Program-made: the position numbers and the translations under genes
Notes under the pieces: generated by a model
The model's database searches: none
Told to the model about the DNA's origin: nothing
What the model saw: only the letters and a program-made list of their open reading frames with translations
DNA from: Chlamydiales bacterium
Lineage (GTDB): Bacteria > Chlamydiota > Chlamydiia > Chlamydiales > JAAZZY01
Reading direction: 5' to 3'
Assembly (NCBI GenBank): GCA_965206695.1
Contig: CBDBKM010000010.1
Span: forward strand, 320,001-384,000
Length of the DNA stretch: 64,000 bases
Shown: positions 11,488 to 21,097 of the stretch, one piece after another
How positions within the stretch are numbered: the stretch's first letter is position 1
How the letters are laid out: each line of letters begins with the position of its first letter

Positions 11488-11967
11488 ATGTTAAACTATA
11501 AAAAAATTCTCCTTGCAGTCGATTTAGTACCTAAAGATGATGAGCCTGTTTCAGAAAAAGCCGCTGCTATTGCTCAAAGTTGTGGAGCTGAATTACATCT
11601 TATTCATGTAGTACCTTATATTTATACCTATGGAATACCGGGCGACGTTGAAGAGACACATTCTTGGCAAGAAGAAATGGAAACAAAAGCTAAGGATAAG
11701 ATGAAGCAAATCGGTGAGAAATTATCCATTCCGGAAGATAGGCGGATCATTACGAGTGGGCAAGCTAAATCCGCTATTATGGCTGTTTTAGCAAATGTTA
11801 AAGCTGATCTTATTGTTTTAGGCTCACATGGCCAACATGGGTTGGGACTATTTATTTATGGATCGACCTCACAAAGTATTTTACAACAAAATAAATGTGA
11901 TGTTTTAGCTGTTCATGTAGATCCAAAAAATTTAACAGAACAACGAGATCTACTTGATGAAGAGTAG
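11488..11967 (+). CDS. uspA: Universal stress protein
   Basis: YKKILLAVD, LHLIHV, ADLIVLGSHG, GST and CDVLAV motifs. Confidence 0.9.
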   Translation: MLNYKKILLAVDLVPKDDEPVSEKAAAIAQSCGAELHLIHVVPYIYTYGIPGDVEETHSWQEEMETKAKDKMKQIGEKLSIPEDRRIITSGQAKSAIMAVLANVKADLIVLGSHGQHGLGLFIYGSTSQSILQQNKCDVLAVHVDPKNLTEQRDLLDEE

Positions 11968-12264
11968 TAGCATTTGATTACTTTCATCAATCACCCATAA
12001 AACCACAAGGCACTGACGCTAGGATAACGCCGTTACAAATTTGTTTTTGAATTCCTTCATTAACAATCCAAAATCGCTCCTGCGTGGCCCAAGTTATCGG
12101 AAGATGATTAGGAAAAACATGTTCTAGAGGGAAGAATGGTTGCCCCTCGACATTAAGGTCCTTGATACGTCCACGTTCGGGGTGCATCAACACCATATCC
12201 GCCAATGACTATTGAAACCTCGATTGTGTGTTAGGAAACGCCCAAAAAGACTTTTGCACGACTA

Positions 12265-13199
12265 TAGTATTTTAATTTTTATTTGATAATATGTTATCCT
12301 TCTTTTTTTATACAAACAGTAAGGACAAAACAATGCCTAGAGCCTATTCAGTAGATCTTCGAGAGAAAGTATTACAACATATAGAAAAACATCATGATAA
12401 AAAAACAGCCGGCCATATTTTTCAAGTAGGTATCGCAACAATATATCGATGGATCTTGCAAAAAAAGCAAAAAGGACATTTAAAGCCAATCCGCAGAAAA
12501 TATGCTTATAAGAAATTAGATGATGAGTTGTTATCTAAATATGTAGAAAAACATCCGGATTATTTTTTATCGGAAATTGCTGATTATTTTTCAGTCACTC
12601 CGCAAACGATTTTTTATGCCCTTAAAAGATTAAAAATTACACGAAAAAAAAAACTACTCGCTATAAGGAAAGAAATGAAAAGAAACGGGAAGCTTTTATG
12701 AAAGATTTAAAAAATATTCCCTTTGACAAGAGAATTTATCTCGATGAAACCGGGATTCATCAATTTTTATTTCGTGAGCCCGGAAGAAGCTTACGCGGCA
12801 AAAAAGTTTTTGGAGCGGTTTCAGGAAACCGCTTTATAAGGCAAAATATTATTTCAGCCCTATCTAAAGGGCAGTTTTTATCTCCAATGTGTTTTGAAGG
12901 TACTTGTAATACCGGGTTATTCAATATTTGGCTTAAGGAAGTTTTGACTCCTCAGCTTACACCCGGTAGTGTTCTTATTCTTGACAATGCCGGTTTTCAC
13001 AAGTCAGCAGAAAGCAGGAAAACAGTAGAATCTGCCGGTTGTAAGCTTATGTTTCTTCCTCCATATTCTCCGGACTTAAATCCTATAGAAAAATATTGGG
13101 CTAATATGAAAAATAAAGTTAGAGAGATATTACGAAAAGTTACGAATTTTAAATTCGCCATTGATCAAGCAATCTTATCAATATAAAATTAAATGACTA
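12265..13199 (+). mobile_element. IS630-family element type A (two ORFs joined by a -1 frameshift at an A10 tract)
   Basis: TIRs TAGTATTTTAATTTT / TAGTCATTTAATTTT, TA duplication, and YLDETG, ILDNA and PPYSPDLNPIE motifs. Confidence 0.92.
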
Positions 13200-14109
13200 T
13201 AAGAATATTCTTTAAGAATATTCGAAGAGAGGGCGTTGCCCTCTTTTGCTTGGGCCTACGCTTAACGCTACAGCCCGCAAAATTCACCCAAAGCAAAGGG
13301 AGCCCTAGTCTACCCATCTCTTTTGCTTGCTTCTTTGAAGCTATGCTTCTAGATCGAACTTTTTTTAAAACCTTGTATTTAGCCAATCGCTTAAAGATAT
13401 GGTTTAACCTGTCTTTACTGTTATCGTTTAACACACGTCTTTAAATAAGGCTTAAAATCCACCTTGTGACAAGCAAGCAACCCCCTTTGCTTTAGTATGG
13501 GCTGCCGGATCGCATTTATGAGAAAAACGTGTCTAGGGTTTGGGTACTTATTTTTCTGTGGAACAGCTCTAAAACACAACCTTTTAATAAAGCAGCCCTT
13601 TGTATTAGTTTATTGCAGTTGTTGATTTGTGTTGGCTTAGTTATTAGTCCTACTGCTGTTATTGTGTATTTGTTTATTCTTTATTTAATGTTTTTATTCA
13701 GTTTAGTTTTGTTTTATTGGTTTTCTTACGAAAAAACAACTAAAACATTTATTAAGTTTGTTTTTAAAAAAAATTATTTGTTACTCATTAGTGTAGTAAG
13801 GCAAGAACCCGATCATATTATTATTAAAAATATTATCCGATAAGGAATACAAAATAAATAACTTTGAAATGGAACAACTTGTTATCCGTATAACCTCGGT
13901 AGTCAATGAGTCAAACAAAAAGATTATTGCCTACAAGGCGAAAACTGAGTCCCAAAAGGTGGAGTTTTTCAAAATAGCTGATAGAATGCAGTGGGGTGTT
14001 TTTTACATGCTTCGCCGGAAAGGCCTCTTTTATTCAGCCAATCCCTTTCAAAAGCTCGGTCAATAAAAGTCTTTTCCGACAGTAAAGAATTTATTATATG
14101 CATCCATTT

Positions 14110-14260
14110 TCGGAGACGGCGGCTAACATTCGAAATCGTTGATTAACTCAACTACCCGCATCGTGCGGGTTTTCTCATTGCGCTTTTCCTGTTTCAATAC
14201 GTCCCTATCATTACCGCTAAGCGGCTACTTTCGGCTTGTTTGACGTTCCACAGGCACTAC
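14110..14260 (-). ncRNA. Putative TnpB omega/reRNA region and right end
   Basis: Non-coding 3' stretch conserved with the copy at 6497-6650; CCCGCACGATGCGGG hairpin. Confidence 0.55.
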
Positions 14261-15341
14261 CTGCACTCCTTGCAGTGGCTAATATATTTCTCGCGGCATT
14301 GATATCTCTGTCATGCTCTTCACCACAACTTATACAACACCAACGTCGCACATTAAGACTCAACTCATTGAGTACAAACCCACACCTCGAACACGTTTTA
14401 CTCGTATTCCTTGGATTAGCAAGCATAAAATCTCTTTTATACCAATTAGATTTATACTCAAGTTGTCGGCGGAACTCACTCCAAGACGCGTCCCCGATCG
14501 ATCGACTTAACTTTTTGTTAGACATCATTCTACGCACAGAAAGGTCTTCTACTGCCACCGTTTGGTGCTTCTTAACAATAGTCGTACTCAATTTGTGCAA
14601 AAAGTCTCGCCTCTTATCGGCTATTCGCGCATGAAGCTTTCCAAGCCTTTTACGTGCCTTTAATCTATTGTTAGATCTCTTCTTTTTTTTAGAAAGAAAT
14701 TTACTTTTCTTTTTCAGTTTCCTTAAGTTTTTTCTTAATATTTTAGGCGATTTTATTTTTTCACCTTCACTTGTTGCGATATAACAATGAAGACCAAGAT
14801 CGATTCCAACAGCAGACATTGTATAGGGAATCTCTTTTTTGCATTTACAATCAACCTGTAAGGATACAAACCATCTATCTGCGGAATCTGTCGATACTGT
14901 TGCACTATTTGGAAATATAGGTACTTCTTGAGACCATATAACATTAATTTTTCCAAGTTTTGGAAGCTTTAATATCGTTTTATCTTTAAAAATATTTTTA
15001 CTTTGTCGTTTGTCAAGTGTATAGGTACAAGATCTTTTGAACCTTTTGAACCTTGGAAACTTTCCTTGTTTGCGAAAAAACCGTTGATATCCGGACTCCA
15101 AACTCTTTAAAGTATTACAATGAACCGTTCCCGTTGTCTTCCTTAAGAAGGGTTTTTCTTTTTTAAGTTTAGTTATTTCACGAGATAGACCAATCCAATT
15201 AATGGAAAATTTCTTTTCTTCATAAAGCTTTGATCTATGTGCTAAAGACCCATTATAAACAAACTTAGAAGATCTAAATTCTTCTTTAAGTTGCCGCCTC
15301 TGCTTGAGTGTCGGATAAAATCTTAGTTTGACTGCTTTCAC
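14217..15341 (-). CDS. tnpB: RNA-guided endonuclease TnpB (IS1341-like, no tnpA), apparently intact
   Basis: KLRFYPT N-terminus, RuvC motifs GIDLG, VEDL and DRDINAA, and Zn finger CSRC..CISC. Confidence 0.92.
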   Translation of the reverse strand: MKAVKLRFYPTLKQRRQLKEEFRSSKFVYNGSLAHRSKLYEEKKFSINWIGLSREITKLKKEKPFLRKTTGTVHCNTLKSLESGYQRFFRKQGKFPRFKRFKRSCTYTLDKRQSKNIFKDKTILKLPKLGKINVIWSQEVPIFPNSATVSTDSADRWFVSLQVDCKCKKEIPYTMSAVGIDLGLHCYIATSEGEKIKSPKILRKNLRKLKKKSKFLSKKKKRSNNRLKARKRLGKLHARIADKRRDFLHKLSTTIVKKHQTVAVEDLSVRRMMSNKKLSRSIGDASWSEFRRQLEYKSNWYKRDFMLANPRNTSKTCSRCGFVLNELSLNVRRWCCISCGEEHDRDINAARNILATARSAGSACGTSNKPKVAA

Positions 15342-15425
15342 TGTAAACTCTTTATTTTAAGAAGCTAGTATATCAAACTAGCACCGCCACCGTCAATAAT
15401 TAATGCGCTTTTCGTTCCTCTGCTT

Positions 15426-15475
15426 CTCTTCGATACGCAACCGTCACTCGCGGGTCGACTGCATCCGTGCAGTCT
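15426..15475. repeat. 50-bp REP-like palindromic repeat (second copy at 60424-60473)
   Basis: CTCTTCGATACGCAACCGTCACT...GACTGCATCCGTGCAGTCT; two mismatches between the copies. Confidence 0.8.
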
Positions 15476-15610
15476 TCAATGTTCGAAATAAAGATGATAT
15501 TTTTTCTATTTTGAGTCAAATCATATGTAATTTTTATTTTTCCCCGGTTTTTACAAAAATGCAACAGTTGGAAAAAGTCATGCCTATAATTTATAATTTG
15601 ATTTTTTTTA

Positions 15611-15850
15611 TATATTAAAGTACTTTTTTGTAAACTAAAGGAGATGCTTTTACAACTAAGTTTTTTTATTACTATTTTTTTTACAAAACCAAAGAAATTA
15701 TAAAATTAATTAAAATGGTATTATAAATTATATATTTATTTTATATATTTTTAGTAAAAATATCTCAAAAAATTATTAACATAGTTTACTAAATGAATTA
15801 TTAGTTGTAAAGGTCTATTTTTTAGTTTATAAAAAAAGCACTTTAATATA
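15611..15850. repeat. About 240-bp AT-rich element with about 50-bp imperfect terminal inverted repeats (MITE-like)
   Basis: TATATTAAAGTACTTTTTTGTAAACTAAA...TTTACAACTAA matches the reverse complement of 15801-15850. Confidence 0.6.
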
Positions 15851-15904
15851 CCATTCAAAAAGATACTATTTATTATTCGTGCATTTATTTGGGATAAAAC
15901 CCGT

Positions 15905-16255
15905 TTTTGTCTCTAACCCCCACAACCACCACTTATTTTACATCAACCCCCACTTTTTTAAATGTCTTATTTATAGTAGTTTATAATGTATATATGATAA
16001 AAAAGTGTGGGTGTGGGGGTGTAGACCCCATTTTAGAAAAAAAAGAATAAAAATAGAAAATAAGATAGTTAACTATATTTATCCTTCGTTAACTTTTTTT
16101 GTTTTTTGTCCAGGGGGTGTCTAAATCCCCACACCCCCACTTTTGTGATTTTTTATCACTTAAATCATTTAAATATAATGTCTTAAAAAAGGTGGGGGAG
16201 GAATTTTAACCCCCACCTTTTTTAAACGCACCCCCCACACCCCCACCCTTTTTTA
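15905..16255. repeat. Cluster of CCCCCAC/GTGGGGG direct and inverted repeats; candidate replication origin
   Basis: Copies at 15917, 15947, 16013(rev), 16134, 16192(rev), 16210, 16232 and 16240, separated by AT-rich spacers. Confidence 0.65.
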
Positions 16256-16957
16256 TAAGTCTTTTATTTTAAATACACTATAAATAAAAACAATAAAAAA
16301 ATATTTCCTTCTTTTTGTCAATTATTTTTTTGTTATTGACATAAATGATATATAAATTGTAAGCAATAATGCATAAATAAATTACTTTAACTTCATTATT
16401 TTGAATGGATCAAAACATGACAAAAATAAATCTCACTTGTATTGAAAAAAATACTACTGAAAAAAAGTTAATGAAAATGAATACTTTTCCCCATGCCCAT
16501 CGTGTGTACGCTATGAAAAACACTCAAGAATCTTGAGTCGGTTTGTATAATCTTATCAACTCGGATATTTGGGTCCCTACCTCGTCATAAAGCCTAGCGT
16601 TTGGAGCAAAGGGGCAAATTTTTAGTAAATTTCCTTCTGTAATACCTAACTGTTCGTGTGTGCGTATTTTTATCCTCTCTGCGAGTATCTCAGTCAGAGT
16701 AAATATCCTCCATTTAAGACATTTCTTTAGCGGTAAACTCAATACCTTAGATTGCCAATCCGTTACATATTGCACTATTTCAGGTGACAAATCTTAAACT
16801 GCAATATCTAAATGGGGCACTGGTGAGGCTTTAAAGTTATTTTTAGTTCTATTTTTTGTAGGTTTTTAGAGTTATGCTTACCTGTGGTGTGGTCGGAACA
16901 ACTATAGCAGTACTGGATCGGGAGGTAATCCAATAAAACTGCCATTCGGACTTTCTA

Positions 16958-17882
16958 TAGTGAATAAACTTTAATTTTTCTTTTACATATATTATTTTTT
17001 TGACATGGCATATTCAAGTGATTTAAGACAAAAGGCTTTAGCCTATATAGAAGGAGGAGGCTCTCAGGTAGAGGCCGGGCGTATTTTTGGTGTAACAACA
17101 CGTACTTTATTGAATTGGATAAATAGAAAAAAAGCAGGTCGTTTAGCTGCCGCGACAACAAGAAAACGCAAACCTTATAAAATTGACGGAGATAAACTGA
17201 ATCATTATATTGAAAAGCATCCTGACAGCTATTTGAGAGAAATAGCTGCTGTTTTCAGTGTATCCGTTAACGCCATATGCAAAGCATGTAAGCGCTTAAA
17301 GATCACTTTAAAAAAAAGACGCCCTTCTACAGGGAACGGGATGAGAAAAAAAGAGAGGTGTTTCAAAAAGAGTTAAAGCACATCCCTCCTGAAAATAGAG
17401 TCTATATTGATGAAAGCGGTATCAATGAATATCTCGATCGTCAACATGGCAGAGCTTTGAAGGGAAAATTGATTTATGGAGCCGTATCAGGTCATCGTTA
17501 TCAGAGGGAAAGCTTTATAGCAGCAAAAAATGAATCACGTATTTTTGCTCCCTTTTGGGATACCGGTACTTGCAATACGCTATTATTCAATACATGGCTT
17601 GAGCAGGTACTTATTCCTGAATTGAAGCCCGGGCAGGTTGTTATTATGGATAATGTAAGTTTTCACAAGTCTAAGGAAACCATAGACATTATCCAAAGCA
17701 AAGGGTGCCGTATTTTATTTCTGCCTCCTTATTCTCCTGATCTAAATCCAATTGAGCAATTTTGGGCAAATTTTAAAAGAAAAATAAAAGAAACTCTTAA
17801 GCTCTATTCAGGGTTAGCAGAAGCTATCGATAGTGCTTTTGTTGAGGTGTGTAATATATGAAATATTAAAGTTTATTCACTA
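16958..17882 (+). mobile_element. IS630-family element type B (ORFs 17005-17376 and 17358-17861, -1 frameshift)
   Basis: TIR TAGTGAATAAACTTTAAT, TA duplication, and YIDESG, IMDN and PPYSPDLNPIE motifs. Confidence 0.92.
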
Positions 17883-18178
17883 TATAAGCTGGAGATTTAT
17901 CTAAAATCCTCTATCATGTTCCTTTTGAGCTAATAGCACGACAAATGCAGACACGCGAGGGGTTATTATCACATTTAAATGTCATACATTCTCAACGGCT
18001 TTATATTCAAACAATAGCCTTATCTATTATGACTTTCTTTTTTCGATTACTGCACTGACTATGGAAATCTGTCAGCTGATTTTGGTTAAGCCTGATTTCT
18101 GGCACGAGCCGGCTATACAGGCCACGAGTATTTACGATCATTTTCAAAAATTAATCATGAAGGGGACTGCTTCTTTAC

Positions 18179-18613
18179 ATGAAGAAAATTAGAGTATATC
18201 TTGATTCAGGAGCTTCTTTGCCTAAAGATCTTGTAGCTTATTGTGAATGTTATCAATTTCCTTATGATTCAAAACATCGTGCAAAAAAACGATCAATAGC
18301 ATTAGCTCTACCATGTGAGTTAACTTGGGAGGAGGCCAATTGTCCGTGGGAAGAGGCTAATTTTACTTTCGCAGATGCCGGATACTCTGTTCCGGAGATA
18401 CTTAAGAGTTTAGTAGGATACGGTAATAAGCGGGATTGTAAACATCTTGCTTCTGCTATTCTTATGCAATGTCAGATATTTTTGACATCAGATAAAAAAG
18501 ATATCTGGTCGCATCGCGAAAAAATTGAACAAGAATATGGTTTTAAAGTTATTCATTTCCCTAAAGAGATTGAGGTTTTAAGGGCTCTTATTAAACAAGA
18601 ACAGCAAGATTAA
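18179..18613 (+). CDS. PIN-domain-like protein
   Basis: VYLDS N-terminal strand and D..HLASA....IFLTSD C-terminal PIN pattern. Confidence 0.5.
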   Translation: MKKIRVYLDSGASLPKDLVAYCECYQFPYDSKHRAKKRSIALALPCELTWEEANCPWEEANFTFADAGYSVPEILKSLVGYGNKRDCKHLASAILMQCQIFLTSDKKDIWSHREKIEQEYGFKVIHFPKEIEVLRALIKQEQQD

Positions 18614-18858
18614 TTGGGACAGTAGGTGTCTAGGGGTTTTTTTCTGAAATGAGAGACAGTAAATCAGGATAAAGGAACTATTGTCCAATGAAACAATACC
18701 TCGCCTGTCTTATTAACGTAGTCAGTGGGAGTATTGCTGTAAAATTTCACTCCTGGCCTATTTAAATGAAGATAGAGATTCCACTTTCTTAGGGTGTGGT
18801 TGTTGGCATCCAACCAGTCCTAATTAGGAGAAGTTTCTTTAACCCCTCCGTTGTGTTG

Positions 18859-19176
18859 TTACTTTATTTCCTTTAAAAGGATCTCTTCTATGTCTTTTTG
18901 GTTAGTGGCGCGTGTTATATCTATATTCGAACGCAAAAGAAAGCGTGTTAATGCTCGCAATAATAATCCTCTGTCTAAAATGGTTCCTGTGTTTCTACGC
19001 ATTTCAGATAACATAATATCTAAATCTACAACATCGTTGTTATCTAAAGTTACCATTGTTTTTGCTACCCTGCCTTTTTTATGTACCAACGGCCTACCTA
19101 CCTTTTTTTGTGGTGCTACCGTATCTAGTGATTCTGCTGCTTGGACACCTAGTATATCTTTTTTCTTTTTTTTCAT
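18859..19176 (-). CDS. Small basic protein downstream of parA; probable partition partner
   Basis: Overlaps the parA stop; lysine-rich with GRP motif and possible RHH-like C-terminal half. Confidence 0.5.
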   Translation of the reverse strand: MKKKKKDILGVQAAESLDTVAPQKKVGRPLVHKKGRVAKTMVTLDNNDVVDLDIMLSEMRRNTGTILDRGLLLRALTRFLLRSNIDITRATNQKDIEEILLKEIK

Positions 19177-19959
19177 GTTCTTACCCTGCTTCTTTGGTTT
19201 AATCTAGAAATAACCTCGTCTGTTAACGCAGTATAATTAACTGAACCGCTACACCCCCAGTCGTACTGTATGACTGCCTTACCAAAACTTGGGGCTTCTG
19301 CTATGCGTGTGTTTATTTTTATCTGTGTACTAAGTACTATTTCTCCATACTTAGATTTTAGTATATCTATAATTGCCTTGGTTGCCCTGTTACGTATATC
19401 CACCTGGGTTAATAAAACCCCTAGAAGTTCACCAATATCCCCTATAGACACTTTTATTTGGTCTACTGTCTTCAGCAAACTAGCCAGCCCCTCCAAAGAT
19501 AGATATTGGGGTGTCAGTGGTACCAGGTAGTAATTACAAGCTACTAAAGCATTTATATTAATCAAAGAGGTGCTGGGTGTACAATCTATCAATACGTAAT
19601 CATACTCTGTTAATTTAGATAGTGCTTTCTTTAACTTATATTCTCTCTGGTCTTCGTCTGAAACGAATGAATCAAAATTAGATAGTGCTAGATTGCCTAC
19701 TATTATATCCATACCCCTAACACCCGTGTTTATAATCGCTTTTTTGGCGGGCATATCTTCAAGTAAGACCTCTGCTATATTATATGTGTTCATCTGGCTT
19801 CAACCCACAGGACCTAGTTAATGATGCTTGGGGGTCAAGGTCCACTAAAAGTACACGGTTTCCTTTGCTTGCTAAGCCATACCCCAGGTTATGAGTGGTG
19901 GTTGTTTTTGCAACTCCCCCTTTTGTATTAATTACGGATATATATATTTCTTTATTCAT
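19173..19959 (-). pseudogene. parA: ParA/Soj ATPase, frameshifted near 19790
   Basis: ATG at 19959 gives KGGVAKTT..VLLVDLDPQ but stops after 59 aa. The remainder (IDCTPS, AEAPSFG) is in another frame. Confidence 0.85.
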
Positions 19960-20058
19960 TAAATGCCTCTTATCTGTTGGTATGTAGCGCTCTTTATACC
20001 GACCTGTTGTTATATGTCTTTTTACTTATTTTTATCTAGGGCTATACCTCACAGTTAT

Positions 20059-20086
20059 GTTATATATAAGGCTAGTTATATGACAT
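20059..20086 (+). promoter_or_regulatory. dif-like tyrosine-recombinase core site (11-6-11)
   Basis: GTTATATATAA-GGCTAG-TTATATGACAT, immediately upstream of integrase 1. Confidence 0.5.
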
Positions 20087-20096
20087 TAAAGGATAT

Positions 20097-21079
20097 TTGA
20101 AAATGGATTTAGTAAAAAAGATAGATGTCCCCACAGCCACCAAACCAGCTGCTTATAAAGAAATAATTACAATTAAACATGAAGCTAGCTGGGAAGAATT
20201 AAAAACAACCTCTTTATTAACTGCTGTCTATGATTGGCTTGGTACACTTGGAAACAAACATACAAAAAAAAACTATACCAGTGCTTTTAATCAAATATTC
20301 GCAAAAAGTATATTGAACCCGAATATTTCATTACAGCAAGTACACTTAATGAATCTTGATAATGTGGTTGATTCTATTAAGCAGGTCGCTGAATGGAGTG
20401 AAGCCTCAAGACAATCCCGTTGCGCAAGCCTGCTAGCATTCTAAAGATACCTAAGCCGAAAGACAAACGGGTTTATACGCCGAGCCACCCCAAGCAAAGA
20501 GGGCACTAACAAGACATTTTACAAAATCCGTGAAAAGATCAAAACACCTGCTATGAACCAGCAACAATGGGTTGATTGGTTACAATACCTAAAGGTAATG
20601 AACCGTAGAGACTGGATTATTGCTAGGGTTGTATTAGGGGGTTGTCGTAGAATATCCGAAGTGTTGGAATTGGATGTTTCCTCCCTAGATATTGCTAATG
20701 GCCAAATCTGTTTTAATATTTCGAAATCCAAGGTTCAAAAGCAGGTGGTTATTACGTATTCCAAGGGACTTATAAACGACATAAAAGCCCATGTTGGACA
20801 ACGCAAGGAGGGGTGGTTGATTTAACATCTAACAAAAACAAAATATCTCTAAGACAAATAAATTACAGTTTCGGGCGTTGTGGTGAACGTTCTAAAGTCC
20901 CGTTTCGTGTAAAAGCCCATGTATTGAGAGCCTCTGCTATTACATACTTAAAAGCACAAGGTTACAGTGATTCGGCTATTATGGCGGTTTCTGGTCATGC
21001 CAGCTCTGAAGTGGTAAACGCCTATGATAAACGAGAGCAAAAAGAAAACCTAACTAAGGAAATAAAGATCGTAAATTAA
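20097..21079 (+). pseudogene. pGP7/pGP8-like tyrosine recombinase with a nonsense codon at 20442 and a frameshift near 20820
   Basis: WSEASRQSR, TFYKIREKIKT, RRISEV, HVLRAS and VSGH..Y motifs. Reading continues in frame after the TAA. Confidence 0.85.
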
Positions 21080-21097
21080 ATATGAGATTATGAAGAC

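Noticed and set aside
13189..14066. Short ORFs 13189-13434, 13193-13444, 13529-13843 and 13869-14066
   Set aside because: No motifs; low-complexity AT-rich DNA between mobile elements. CCCTTTGCTTTAG at about 13483 (also about 40971) is probably an IS605-type end relic.
15905..16255. CRISPR array
   Set aside because: Repeats are 7 bp, in both orientations and irregularly spaced; no cas genes are present.
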